In this document: positions 51,901 through 62,200 of the stretch, piece after piece
Numbering within the stretch: position 1 is the stretch's first letter
How the letters are laid out: each line of letters begins with the position of its first letter
Source: an uncultured Hyphomicrobiales bacterium
GTDB lineage: Bacteria > Bacteroidota > Ignavibacteria > Kapaibacteriales > UBA2268
Assembly: GCA_964645005.1 (NCBI GenBank)
Contig: CAZXYS010000014.1
Coordinates: 4,644 to 68,643 of the forward strand
Length of the DNA: 64,000 nucleotides
Reading direction: 5' to 3'
Position numbers and translations under genes: made by a program
The notes under the pieces: model-generated
What the model was told of the DNA's origin: nothing
The model's database searches: none
What the model saw: the letters and a program-made list of their open reading frames with translations, nothing else

Positions 51901-52732
51901 ACAGCCGATAGAAACCGCTGGCGCAGATGATTACGCCGGCGTCAAATTCCTGCTCGACGAAATCCCCGGCAGCATCAACAAAGAGATATTCTCTGCCAGC
52001 AAGCTCACTGCTTACGAAGATAATTTCGACGAATATCTGCTCAAATACAGGCTCGGGCTGAGCACGCTTGAATCCGGCATGAAAATGACCGAGTTCGACC
52101 ACATGGCTAACGAAGACCGTGAAACTGCCACTGTAACCGGAACTTTGATCCACGGCGTAATGGAACGAGTCGCTGAATGGTTCGATGCCGACGGAAAAGT
52201 CGATGAGGAAGAATTGCAGCGAACTGTCCGTCGTGTTATGGAACAGAACAACGCCCCTTTCGAACAGGAAATTGTCGAACAAGTGCTGGAAGAGTGTATA
52301 AATACAGTATCCACGACTCTTATTCAAAAATTGTCAAAAAACATCATCAAGGGCGAACCCGAAAAAGAGCTAATCATGCCTGCCAGCGATGATTATCTTG
52401 TCGGCTCGATGGACCTGCTGCTCAAGAACGAATCCGGCGAATACGAAATCTGGGACTGGAAAACGAACAAGATCGACTATTTCAAGCGCATGGACGAGCA
52501 CGCCGAACATTACAAACTGCAGCTTTCGGTTTACGCATACATGACGGCTCTGCTAAATCCCAGCCAGCAAAAAATTACCGCCAGACTTCTTTTCACCAAA
52601 CAAGCCGGTAAAAATGCCGGCGAGAATGAATGGACCCGCGCTTTCACCTGGAATCGGGAAGAGATAATCGCCCGCGGCGAAAAGCTGATCGAAAGATTAA
52701 GTGAAATAAAGAATAGGACGTATTTTGAGTGA
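48986..52732 (+). CDS. UvrD/REP-type helicase fused to a C-terminal PD-(D/E)xK (RecB-family) nuclease domain (AddA/RecB-like helicase–nuclease)
   Basis: Walker A TANAGSGKT, motif II DEFQDTN, motif III GDAKQSIYGFRYAD, motif V TVHAAKGLEFP and motif VI VALTRAQDHLIV are present. The C-terminal nuclease motifs are GTLIHGVMERV, MDLLLKNESGEYEIWDWKTNK and YKLQLSVYAY. Confidence 0.85.
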   Translation: METHEQKLARGLDRHLVVTANAGSGKTRALVSRYVDLVLQGVDPKEIVAITFTRKAAAEMQTRVAEELEKIASAGDSKTIARIKRIREKLTSSRISTIHSFCSTLLRDYPVEAGVDPGFSELTNADKLRIETDAVNNVMEQWLQPENESRKAKAQDLFSKFGFYFVENILKQLLNRTDIYENLKKVYSSDFKKIETVRDGYIAEMLLPPLLDGLRELLIILNSVDTSKLKKPDQDFLINLSESVNSMITKMRSGASLSQDTMFELKNELEALKESPFITKKFTINKTKLKNKLIGIDADEANERLIGLNGTSDFFNAYGNVNLDAELFGYAHTFWEMARDVITSVEDEKQELRAVDYGDMLIKARNLLDDISIRRKLRHKIKHILVDEFQDTNPLQYEIVKSLVPEMKHVRNYEHNVFLFIVGDAKQSIYGFRYADVRVFLKAANELSEINQQKLRNNELSREFTVLSEKTTARTGKEAAGQIELSATFRLLPVPAAFVNAIFDGIPEESRTEFDVNYSPLVCARSAEYLLSADEKPIINENGKTDNSEISFGSAKLLLVKEDKKNTAAETEAELLAKYIKKVVSDTDGITVQDKDGTYRHPGFGDISILARKKADLNDLASVFQKMGIPYALHAGNSFFESQEIVDIFSYLKFLHNRNDDIALAGILKSPFFGLSDAELLNISVYDGNSFYEKFLNYCADLEKDGSNGSVGKEIELYARSTLSELITLAPRLTISRLIAKIIEESGWYGAVAANPARSQMKANMDKFIQYARDFETRGFRNLYDFVEEINFLITKGADEEEAVFMPGGDAVNLMTVHAAKGLEFPIVTIYKSNFSTRNQGGTIVSPELGITFNTPDSTGDALISKETPLHYLNKKRAALADEAEEKRILYVALTRAQDHLIVSGTITNTLNGFLPLILESLGLDSVEVKKSSAVLNQSLTLDKEVGLLTDSGVQNIELSFPVEIIGSVEDTQPIETAGADDYAGVKFLLDEIPGSINKEIFSASKLTAYEDNFDEYLLKYRLGLSTLESGMKMTEFDHMANEDRETATVTGTLIHGVMERVAEWFDADGKVDEEELQRTVRRVMEQNNAPFEQEIVEQVLEECINTVSTTLIQKLSKNIIKGEPEKELIMPASDDYLVGSMDLLLKNESGEYEIWDWKTNKIDYFKRMDEHAEHYKLQLSVYAYMTALLNPSQQKITARLLFTKQAGKNAGENEWTRAFTWNREEIIARGEKLIERLSEIKNRTYFE

Positions 52733-52799
52733 GATTGACTGATTTAAAAAAGTTTTAAGTTTTGAGTTAAAATTAACTGTTTTACTGAATGTCTCTATG

Positions 52800-52907
52800 A
52801 AGATAATTACACCTGTTTAGAGGCTGTCTCAAAAGTCAGTAAATGTCATTCCTGCGAATGACTTTAGATCCTGCTTTAGCAGGGCAGGAATCTGATGAAT
52901 AGCGGAT
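52800..52907 (-). repeat. inverted copy of the 9533-9640 intergenic repeat
   Basis: The reverse complement ctattcatcagattcctgccctgctaaagcaggatctaaagtcattcgcaggaatgac...cagcctctaaacaggtg matches 9533-9640 at ~85–90% identity. Confidence 0.7.
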
Positions 52908-53075
52908 TGTTTACTGCATTCAGCATGACGTTTCAAGATTTTAGTACTATGTTACACTCTCGATGAAGATGTATTCCAGTATTGATTTTAAAGAATTCAA
53001 TAAATATCAAAATAATTTAGGATTTTAACTGATCTTAATATAAATTAGCAAAGTTATAAACTTTATTGAGGAAAA

Positions 53076-53333
53076 ATGGCGGATTTAATTTTAAATATAA
53101 AAATTGAAAAACTCGAAGAAGGTGGATATCTTGCTTTATCTGAGGATTTGCCGGGTTTATTAGCCGAAGGACGCTCATATCAGGGAACACTTGAAATAGC
53201 TCATGATGTCGCAAAAAAGCTAATAGAATCCTATATCGAGCATAATGATCCTTTACCTGAAAAAATAAAGAAACAACTAAAGCAGCCGCAAAAAAGTCAT
53301 AAATTTAAAATTCCTATTTCTGTAGAGTTATGA
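53076..53333 (+). CDS. hicB: HicB-family antitoxin (UPF0150)
   Basis: 85 aa, LEEGGYLALSEDLPGLLAEGRSYQGTLEIAHDVAKKLIES. Its stop overlaps the hicA ATG (ATGA). Confidence 0.7.
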   Translation: MADLILNIKIEKLEEGGYLALSEDLPGLLAEGRSYQGTLEIAHDVAKKLIESYIEHNDPLPEKIKKQLKQPQKSHKFKIPISVEL

Positions 53334-53556
53334 GCAAGCTGCCTGAGGTCTCTTATAAAGATTTAATCAAAAAGCTAAGAAGAGCAGGTTTTATCTTTGA
53401 CAGGCAGGCAAAAGGCAGTCATGAAATCTGGTATAATCCGAAGACAAAAAGAAGAACTACAATACCTACCCCCCCCCTAAACCTATTTCTAAAGGCACGT
53501 TAAATGCCATTATCAAACAAATCAGTTTAACTGTTAAAGAATTTCAAGAATTGTGA
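53331..53556 (+). pseudogene. hicA: HicA-family mRNA interferase toxin, frameshifted in a C9 homopolymer (53469-53477)
   Basis: The N-terminus MSKLPEVSYKDLIKKLRRAGFIFDRQAKGSHEIWYNPKTKRRTTIP is HicA-like. After the C9 tract the +1 frame reads PKPISKGTLNAIIKQISLTVKEFQEL*, the conserved HicA C-terminus. The in-frame reading terminates early (…PLNLFLKAR*). Confidence 0.7.
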
Positions 53557-53759
53557 TATGATACTATTTTAGCTAATTCACTGATTCAACAAAAAAAATA
53601 TTAATTCCAAATTATCTAGAGCTTCTTTATAAGGTATAATAAAGAAAGCCCTTTCCATCGACGATATAAAGCACTTCCTTTTCAAAGTAAATTGTGTTAA
53701 GTTAACACCCTAATTCTTTGCAATTTATACTGGTTCAGGTTGATTTCCTCCATCCTCAG

Positions 53760-54500
53760 CTACAACTCTACCTGAAATTTAATAAACATATCATAATCCG
53801 CAGCTACGAACGGGAATTTTCTTTTTTCTTCAGTTTGCCCGAAAGCTTTGCTGTATTCCGTGATTATCCAAAAAGCCGGCTTATTTCTTACCGCCTCGGA
53901 AATGATCGCTGCAATCTCCGAATCCACCTTGATTATGTGGTGCGATTTGCGGAAATAATCATTTACCCGAACATTTCTATATTCTCCTAGTAGATACTTA
54001 TTGGTGTCTAATTGATCGAATCGCCAGTGCGCCGAATCCAGATCATTGCGATCGGTGTAACCAGGTCTTAACTCCGCAAAACGCAGAAAGAACTTAATGT
54101 ATTCAAACCCGAGAGTATCATTAGGATCATCCCCGGGCTCGAAATAAAGTTCTTGTTGCGGATCCCAGTTTGCTATGCTGTCTGCCGAGAAATTTTTCAT
54201 CACCGGAGGTATAGTATCACCGGTAATTTTTACATGTCTAATTCTGTAGTTAAATTCCTTGATGACAGCCTTAAGTATGCGATCTTTGTTATCCCTATAT
54301 TCTTTGTATTCCAACATATTAACAAAATCCCTCGATGTATCCGGCGAAGCCTTATCGAAATGTGTCGAGCGGAAAAATATTGGAAGCCTGAATTCAAATG
54401 TACTCAGCTTGTCTATCGTTTCAGTATAACAGCCGCCGAAAAACTGCGACGACAGTGCGATTCCCGCAAGCACCAGTGGTATTATCAATAATCTTTTCAT
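53760..54500 (-). CDS. hypothetical secreted protein / lipoprotein
   Basis: Signal peptide MKRLLIIPLVLAGIALSSQFFGGC with a possible lipobox. 246 aa with no recognised domain. Confidence 0.5.
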   Translation of the reverse strand: MKRLLIIPLVLAGIALSSQFFGGCYTETIDKLSTFEFRLPIFFRSTHFDKASPDTSRDFVNMLEYKEYRDNKDRILKAVIKEFNYRIRHVKITGDTIPPVMKNFSADSIANWDPQQELYFEPGDDPNDTLGFEYIKFFLRFAELRPGYTDRNDLDSAHWRFDQLDTNKYLLGEYRNVRVNDYFRKSHHIIKVDSEIAAIISEAVRNKPAFWIITEYSKAFGQTEEKRKFPFVAADYDMFIKFQVEL

Positions 54501-54555
54501 TTTTTTTAATGACCTTTAATTTATTTATAATATTCTTTTCAAATTTTGGTGTTAC

Positions 54556-55776
54556 TTATTTTTTCTTAGCTTGTTCTCCTTCATCTTCTTCGCGGGTTTT
54601 CTCATCTTCCTCACGTTTCCTTATTCTTTCGATTCTTTCGATATCTTCGAATTGTTCGATAGTTTCTTGCTCGCGTTTTTCTCCCCAAGAAGCTATCCAC
54701 CATGTAATCCCGAATGTTAGCATTGGCTGGGAAGCCCAGGCTGCGTCCCCGTGGAATTCAAAATTATCAAGTCTGTATGACAGCCCTGCTAAAAACCTGA
54801 AGCTGGTGAATGATTCAATGTCGAATTGTATATCTTCAAAATTTCTTACTTCCAGATACGGACTATTAGCGTAATCATCCGGCTCTGCACTCTCAGCGTC
54901 TTTGACAGCTTCAAATTCACCGCTGAGCGTTTCAAATTGTAATCCGGTAAATAAAGTCAATCCATTTTCCCATGACTTGCTGGCATGAAGCCCTCCAACA
55001 AAAGAATTCATACTAAGACCTTCCGATCTGCTAACCATGTGATAACCCAGATGCGCTGCCAGCCCGAAGGTTGTATCTTCGCCAAATAAATTGACAAATC
55101 TATCGAGCTGCTGATTTGCCATTATTCCGAAATAGGAGGTAAATTCATCTTGAACCGGCACTCCCCAGAAACGCAATCTTAGCTGAGTGCGCGTTGGGAA
55201 ACCAACAATAATCTGCGGTACAATTGGAATCCCGGGCATAAAGCTGATATTATTGCCTTCTGCGAACCCAAGAGATTTAAATGATGAATCCGGTACAAGT
55301 TTACCATTTTCGTCATATTTTCTTTCCCTGTATGGATTATTGGCAGCGGAAAAAATTGACCATGATCTGCCGCCGTATATAGTTGGTTCTTCGTAGCTGC
55401 CGCCGATCTGCCGCAGTGTATCTCCGCCGCGCAGCCCCGCATTATCGACAATATCAGTGTTCCCGTAAGCGGCGGGCAGCACAGCGTCGTAGCTTTTCTG
55501 AGCATCAGGGATGAACATTCCGCTAATCGATATATCCAGAGCCACATTCCAGTGATCTTCATATCTTGCGGTAGTAAAGATATTGGAATTGAAGCTCTGT
55601 TCGATCGTGGTAAAAAGAGGTTTTGTATACCCCTGCAACTGTTGAGAGGTAAATAAAGTAAAATCTTTACTAATTTCAATTGGCTCTGCTGATGAGGCAC
55701 CCTCGTATGCAAGGCAAAAAGTCAACATAATCGCGCTGATATGCCCGATAATTTTTATTCTCTTAAAATTTATCAT
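54556..55776 (-). CDS. hypothetical secreted β-rich (outer-membrane-like) protein with a highly charged C-terminal tail
   Basis: It has a signal peptide and is Gly/aromatic-rich. The last 45 aa are EKREQETIEQFEDIERIERIRKREEDEKTREEDEGEQAKKK. Confidence 0.5.
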   Translation of the reverse strand: MINFKRIKIIGHISAIMLTFCLAYEGASSAEPIEISKDFTLFTSQQLQGYTKPLFTTIEQSFNSNIFTTARYEDHWNVALDISISGMFIPDAQKSYDAVLPAAYGNTDIVDNAGLRGGDTLRQIGGSYEEPTIYGGRSWSIFSAANNPYRERKYDENGKLVPDSSFKSLGFAEGNNISFMPGIPIVPQIIVGFPTRTQLRLRFWGVPVQDEFTSYFGIMANQQLDRFVNLFGEDTTFGLAAHLGYHMVSRSEGLSMNSFVGGLHASKSWENGLTLFTGLQFETLSGEFEAVKDAESAEPDDYANSPYLEVRNFEDIQFDIESFTSFRFLAGLSYRLDNFEFHGDAAWASQPMLTFGITWWIASWGEKREQETIEQFEDIERIERIRKREEDEKTREEDEGEQAKKK

Positions 55777-55995
55777 TTATATGACCCCTTTGTGAAAATT
55801 ATAAATTTTGATTCCATATTTGATATAATATGTAAGGAATAAATTAACCTATGTGATTTAGAAGATATGATACAATATAAGGAATTTTAAGAAATAAATA
55901 AAAGTATTTTAAGGTTATACAAAATTTAGATTCATTAAAAAAGTATTGATTATTACACATAAAATAATTATTTTTATATCTCGTAAAGAAAAAAC

Positions 55996-56067
55996 GGCGC
56001 ATTCGTCTAGCGGTTAGGACGCCGGCCTCTCACGCCGGTAACAGGGGTTCGAGTCCCCTATGCGCTG
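55996..56067 (+). tRNA. tRNA-Glu (anticodon CUC)
   Basis: GGCGCATTCGTCTAGCGGTTAGGACGCCGGCCTCTCACGCCGGTAACAGGGGTTCGAGTCCCCTATGCGCTG folds as a cloverleaf: acceptor GGCGCAT/ATGCGCT, anticodon stem CCGGC/GCCGG, loop CTCTCAC, and T-arm AGGGG-TTCGAGT-CCCCT. Confidence 0.85.
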
Positions 56068-56226
56068 CTATTTCTTCCTGTCGCAAATTCCTCGACACAT
56101 TTTTCGCAAATTTTGCTATTTTTCTTTATAAAATAATTGATTTTATTGTTTATAGGTAAAATCCCTGCATCAACATCTCTGAGTTATGAGACATGATAGC
56201 AGCGCTTTTAAATATAAATATCACTC

Positions 56227-56646
56227 ATGTTTAATATACATAATACAGGAGATACCATGAATTTAAACTTATACCACATGCTTCTCGAAAATTATTATTC
56301 AGACCATTTGACATATATTATTGATCGTAATACCTGCGAAATAATATATATGGAAGGGATCGATGAAAATATCAACTCGCAGATGATCGGCGAGAAATGC
56401 TATGAGGTGATTTACGGCAAAAACAAGCCGTGCGAGTTCTGCAATTACGGCTGTCCTAAAGGTGGACATTCGAAGATAAAAGAATGGGATTTCCACAATC
56501 TCTATTCCGGCAAATGGTACATGTCCTACGAGAAAAAGATCCACTGGTTGAAAAGGAAAAACCTTACACTGAAAATGCTCATCGACGTTACCGATCTCAA
56601 GAAGATGGAACTCAAGAACTATCACCTTCTTTTCTCAAAAAATTAA
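56227..56646 (+). CDS. small Cys-rich PAS-like domain protein (hypothetical sensor module)
   Basis: The PAS-like core is YIIDRNTCEIIYMEG...DVTDLKKMELKNYHL, with an inserted Cys cluster CEFCNYGCPKGGH. The likely start is the Met at 56257. It sits immediately upstream of the PAS-HK cluster. Confidence 0.45.
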   Translation: MFNIHNTGDTMNLNLYHMLLENYYSDHLTYIIDRNTCEIIYMEGIDENINSQMIGEKCYEVIYGKNKPCEFCNYGCPKGGHSKIKEWDFHNLYSGKWYMSYEKKIHWLKRKNLTLKMLIDVTDLKKMELKNYHLLFSKN

Positions 56647-56726
56647 GGTATGGTATTTGCACTGATAGTTCTTAATATTTTACTATTATAGTTTATATTT
56701 TGATTTCTAATGACAATTAATTCAAT

Positions 56727-58736
56727 ATGAAAAATCAGAAAAATTTGAAATACAAACAGAAAAGCATTTCGGAAAAAGTATCAGGCAAATTTCCGAAAAA
56801 TTCAAAGTACTTTGAAGAAGCTTTGAAAGCAAGTGAAAGAAAGTATAGTGATCTTTTCAATAGTATTCGGGATGCTATTCTCGTTGCCGATACGGACAGA
56901 AATATTGTTGACTGTAACCCTGCCTTTGAACAATTTTTTGGCTATTCGCTGGAAGAGATTAAAGGGAAAAAGACCAGATTTGTTTATGAAAATGATGAAG
57001 ATTTCAAAAACATGGGTGAATACTTAAAAAATCATTTTGGAGACCCGAATTTTTTCTATACGGTTAACTACCAAAAAAAATCCGGTGAAGTATTCCCCGG
57101 AGAAACCAATGTTTTCTATTTATTTGATGAAAAAGATAATATTTGCGGTTTCATAGGTCTCATAAGAGATGTTTCCGAAAGGAAAAAAGCCGAGGAAGAA
57201 AAAGACAAATTAATCCACGGCATGGGCGAAAGAATAAAAGAACTGAACTGCATATATAACGCAGCCAATACTATCAACAACAGTGATTCCATTGATGAGA
57301 TTTTACGGAAAACGGCTGATTCCATTCCTCCCGGCTGGCATTATCCTGAGATTACCCGTGGTAAAGTAATTTTTGACGGAAAAGAATATGTCTCGGAACC
57401 GTTTAGTGAAACCCAATGGAAACAGCAGTCTGATATTATTATCAATGGTGTCAAAAGGGGCAGCGTTGAAGTTTATTATCTCGAGGAAAAACCGGAATTA
57501 GATGAAGGCCCTTTCGTGAAAGAAGAAAGAGATCTTATCAACAATCTCTCGCAAAAAGTCAGTTGGGCAATTGAGAGAATAGAAACTGTCGAACAACTTA
57601 TAGAAAGTGAAACAAAGCTGCGGCAATCTCAACTTATAGCCGGGATCGGGAACTTTACCTGGGATATAAAAACAGGAGAAGTTAAATGGTCCGAAGGATT
57701 GCACAAATTACTTAAATATGATCCGGAGGAAGAAATTGACTATGACAGGGTTAATAGGTATATCTGCCATCCTGAAGATTTAGGAGAATTAACCCAGTGG
57801 CTTAATGACGCTATTAATTCAGGCAAAAAAAAGCTTCCGCCGAATGATTATCGACTTGTTTGCAAGGACGGGGAAGTTAAAGAAGTACACGCCGAAGGAA
57901 TCATTGAATATGAAAATGACAAACCAGTGAAAGTTTTCGGTACTTTACTCGATATTACCGAACGGAAAAAAAATGAAATCGAACTCCGCGAATTAAATAA
58001 CGAACTCGAAAAAAGAGTACGAGAGCGCACCATCAAACTGGAAAACTCCAACAAAGAACTCGAAGCCTTCGCCTATTCCGTATCCCACGACCTGCGGGCG
58101 CCTCTGCGTCATATCGGCGGTTTCGCCAATTTACTGGAGAAAAAGTTAGCGGATAAATTAGACGAAAAAGAAAAACACTACATGGATACTATCAATGAAT
58201 CCGCGAACAAAATGAGCGAACTGATCGATCATCTTCTCGCCTTTTCACGGATGAGCAGAAGTAAACTGAACAAAATAAATATTGATACAAACAGACTTGT
58301 AAATGACATTGTCCGGGAGTTAGAGCCGGAAATCAGCAACAGAAATATCAATTGGAATATAGACCGGCTGCCCGAAGTTTATACGGATAAAATGCTGCTC
58401 TGGCAGGTGTTTTATAATTTGATATCAAACGCCGTTAAATTTACTGCAGACAGAAATCCCGCCGAGATTTCCATTGGCTGCGAAGAAAATAAAGACAAAT
58501 TTGTATTCCATATCAGCGATAATGGTATAGGATTTGATATGCAATATGCAGAGAAGTTATTTGGCGTTTTCCAGCGCCTGCATAGCGATGAAGATTACGA
58601 AGGCACGGGCATCGGACTTGCCAATGTCAGGCGGATTATCCACCGCCATGGCGGCAGGACATGGGCTGTAGGCGAAGTTGACAGGGGAGCGGCTTTTTAT
58701 TTTTCAATACCAAAGGCGGAGGATAATAATGGATGA
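56727..58736 (+). CDS. multi-PAS sensor histidine kinase (cytoplasmic)
   Basis: It has PAS domains, the H-box AYSVSHDLRAPLRHIGGFANLL, an N-box and G-boxes (GTGIGLANVRRI). Confidence 0.9.
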   Translation: MKNQKNLKYKQKSISEKVSGKFPKNSKYFEEALKASERKYSDLFNSIRDAILVADTDRNIVDCNPAFEQFFGYSLEEIKGKKTRFVYENDEDFKNMGEYLKNHFGDPNFFYTVNYQKKSGEVFPGETNVFYLFDEKDNICGFIGLIRDVSERKKAEEEKDKLIHGMGERIKELNCIYNAANTINNSDSIDEILRKTADSIPPGWHYPEITRGKVIFDGKEYVSEPFSETQWKQQSDIIINGVKRGSVEVYYLEEKPELDEGPFVKEERDLINNLSQKVSWAIERIETVEQLIESETKLRQSQLIAGIGNFTWDIKTGEVKWSEGLHKLLKYDPEEEIDYDRVNRYICHPEDLGELTQWLNDAINSGKKKLPPNDYRLVCKDGEVKEVHAEGIIEYENDKPVKVFGTLLDITERKKNEIELRELNNELEKRVRERTIKLENSNKELEAFAYSVSHDLRAPLRHIGGFANLLEKKLADKLDEKEKHYMDTINESANKMSELIDHLLAFSRMSRSKLNKINIDTNRLVNDIVRELEPEISNRNINWNIDRLPEVYTDKMLLWQVFYNLISNAVKFTADRNPAEISIGCEENKDKFVFHISDNGIGFDMQYAEKLFGVFQRLHSDEDYEGTGIGLANVRRIIHRHGGRTWAVGEVDRGAAFYFSIPKAEDNNG

Positions 58737-59178
58737 TCATAAAACTCTTCTACTTGCTGACGATAATGCCAAAGATATCGAATTAACTCTGGCAGCATTC
58801 GAGGAGATGAACCTTGCAAACAGAGTTATTATTGTCAAAGATGGCGGACAGGTACTGGATTTTCTCTACAGACGCGGTGAATACGTTGGTCGTACCGAAC
58901 CGGACCCTGACGTAATACTTCTTGATATAAAAATGCCTAAAGTCAGCGGGATAGAGATACTAAAACAAATTAAGTCCGATGAGCATCTCAAATACATACC
59001 CGTTGTTATGCTGACATCCTCGAGAGAAGAGAATGACCTTGTAGAAAGCTATAAATACAGCGCAAATTCATACATTGTAAAGCCTATAGATTACAAGGAT
59101 TTTATTAACACAATCAAAAATCTTGGCTTTTACTGGGCTTTTTTGAATGTAACCCCAAAAGAAGAAAAGAAAGATTGA
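58729..59178 (+). CDS. single-domain response regulator (CheY-like receiver)
   Basis: MDDHKTLLLADDN...VILLDIKMPKVSG...VVMLTSS...IVKP. It overlaps the upstream HK stop by 8 bp. The ORF-track start at 58678 is probably too long. Confidence 0.85.
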   Translation: MDDHKTLLLADDNAKDIELTLAAFEEMNLANRVIIVKDGGQVLDFLYRRGEYVGRTEPDPDVILLDIKMPKVSGIEILKQIKSDEHLKYIPVVMLTSSREENDLVESYKYSANSYIVKPIDYKDFINTIKNLGFYWAFLNVTPKEEKKD

Positions 59179-59218
59179 TTGAAATTATAAATTTTGAAAT
59201 TACACATTTTGATTTAAT

Positions 59219-62200
59219 ATGAAAGAATATATAAAAATATTACATCTCGAAGATGATCCCACTGATAAGGAGCTTATCAAAGAGACCCTCGGAGGAGATA
59301 ACTGGCACTGCAACTTTGATTATGCCGAGACGGAAGAGGAATTTACTGCTCACTTAAAAAAAGCGGATTTCGATATTATCCTTGCTGACCTTAAATTGCC
59401 GGATTATGACGGTTTTCAGGCTCTGGAATTAGCTAAAGAGTTGTGTCCTGACAAACCATTTGTATTCGTATCAGGCGAAATGGGTGAGGAAACAGCCGTT
59501 GAAGCAATTAAAAAAGGCGCTACGGACTATGTCCTGAAGCATAATCTGTTCAAATTACCTACGGTTATTAAACGAGTACTAATCGAATACGATGAAAAAG
59601 AAAAAGTCAACAAAGCAGAAAAACATATAGAGCACCTCAACAGGGTGTTAAAATCCGTCAGGAATGTAAATCAGCTTATTGTTAAAGAGAAAGATGTCCG
59701 TAAATTAATACAGCAGTCCTGCAATAATCTTATTGAAAACAGAGGATATAACCACGCATATATTGGCTTGTTCGACAATAAAATGCAGCTTACCGATCTG
59801 GTGCACGCCGGTTTGGGGGAGAGTTTTGAAATATTAAAGAAATATCTTGAAACTAATTCATTTCCTACTTGCTGGAAGAATACTTTATCCGCACAAGGAG
59901 CAATCGTAATTGAAGATGTCGAAAATGAATGCCGGCATTGCCCATTGCAGGTAAATGAAGTTATTTCCGGCAATAGTTCTCTATCAATAAAATTGCAGCA
60001 CGAAAACAAATTCTATGGCTTTATGACCGTTTCAATACCACAGGAATTTGTCGAAGAAGAAGAGGAGAAGGACTTATTCGAAGAGGTAGCCGGGGATATA
60101 TCTTATGCCCTTCATAGTATTGAAACTGCCGAAGAAAGGGAATTAGCCGTTAGTTCCCTCATTGACTCCGAGAAGAAGTTCAGATCGATTTTTAATAATG
60201 CCTCCGACTCAATTTTCATTCACGACTATGAAGGAAATCTGATTGAGGTAAATAGAATTGCCTGTGAGCGTATGGGCTATAGTCAACAAGAATTGTATTC
60301 TATGAAAATTGCTGATTTGATTTCGGAAGAAGAAATAGACAAATTTTCAGACTGGATTTCAACAATCAGAACTTATGGAAGAACATTACAAGAAAGTGCA
60401 GCTGTCTCTAAAGCTGGTAATTCGATCCCTATAGAAATAAGCAGCCGAGCAATTGATTTCGAAGGAGAGCAGGCTATTCTCAGTATTGCCAGAGATATTA
60501 CCGAAAGGAAAGAACAGGAAAAACAACTCGCTGATAGAGAAGAGAAATACAGGCTGCTGGCGGAGAATACACTTGATATCATCTGGCAAATCGACCTTAA
60601 TATGATTATTACTTATATAAGTCCTTCCTGCTATGAAGTAACTGGATATACCCCTGAGGAATCCATCGGAAATAATGTGCTGGATTTTACTTCACAGGAA
60701 GAAGCCCGCAAAATAATGGATGAATATCAGGAAACGGTTAATAAATATCCTGATAAAACAAAAAAATATCTGGAAACTTTTTTATACCATAAGGATGGTC
60801 ATATAATACCAATTGAGATTTCAGCAAGAATTCTTGCTGATGAAAATGATATGCCAATAAGTATGCAGGGCATAACCCGCGACATCACAGAGCGTAAAAA
60901 AGCTGAAAGCGCTTTGCGCGAAAGCGAACGCCGCCTGTCAACACTTATGAGCAACCTGCCCGGTATGGCGTATCGATGTAAATTTGATAGACAATACACA
61001 ATGGAATTTGCCAGCGAGGGTGGGTATACGCTGACCGGCTATCAACCCGAAGAACTTATTGACAACAATGTAATAGCTTACGGCGATTTAATTCTACCCC
61101 AATACAGAGATTATGTCTGGGACTCTGTTCAAATAGCTGTGGATAATGACGAACCTTTCAAACTCGAATACAAGATCATCACCAGGGAAGGCGAAGAAAA
61201 ATGGGTCTGGGAAAGAGGCAATGCAATTAATGTTAATGGCAAAGTAGTTCTTGAAGGTTTTATCGCTGATATAACCGACCGCAAGGAAGCCGAAGAAGAG
61301 ATAAGAAAGTCCCGCCACGACCTGCAAATAAAAAATAAAATTTCCAATGCATTTATAAATACTGATGATTTCTACAATGCCATACTGGATGTATTAAAAG
61401 AAGAACTTGACAGTGAATTTGGTTTTGTAGGATTCATAAACGATAATGGCGATTTTGAAAGCCCCTCAATGACAAGAAATGTCTGGGAAGATTGTGAAGT
61501 GGAAGATAAATCCATTGTATTCCCTAAAGATAAATGGGGCGGCATCTGGGGACAGTCGCTGAAAGAGAAGAAAACCTTATTCAAAAATAAAGACCTGAAT
61601 ACACCCGAAGGGCACGTCCCATTGCATTCGGCATTGGTGTCGCCGATTTTACTTAATGATGAACTTATCGGACTAGTCGCAGCAGCTAATAAAGAAGGCG
61701 GCTATACGCAGGAAGATATCAACTTTATCAAATCTATCTGCACATATCTATCGCCGCTATTCCATTCAAAATTGAAGGAAGAGAAATACAAGACCGATCT
61801 GCTCGAAGCAAAAGAAAGAGCCGAGGAAGGCAACAGAATAAAATCCTCATTCCTCGCCAACATGAGCCACGAAATGCGCACGCCGATGGTCGGCATCCTC
61901 GGTTTCGCCGATATTCTCTATAAGGAGATTCATAATGAAGATCAAAAAGAAATGGCGCAGATGATCCTCACCAGCGGCAGGCGCCTGATGGATACTCTGA
62001 ACCTGCTGCTCGATCTATCAAGGGTCGAAGCCGATAAGCAGGAACTTAATTTCGAAGAAATGTCACTTGCTTTCAGCGTTCTCGATGCCGTTGAGCTATT
62101 CAGCCCCTTAGCCCAGCAGAAGAATCTGTCCCTGGAAACAGAGATCCTCGACGAAAACGTTACTGCCTATCTCGATGAAAATATACTTGTAAAAACCGTC

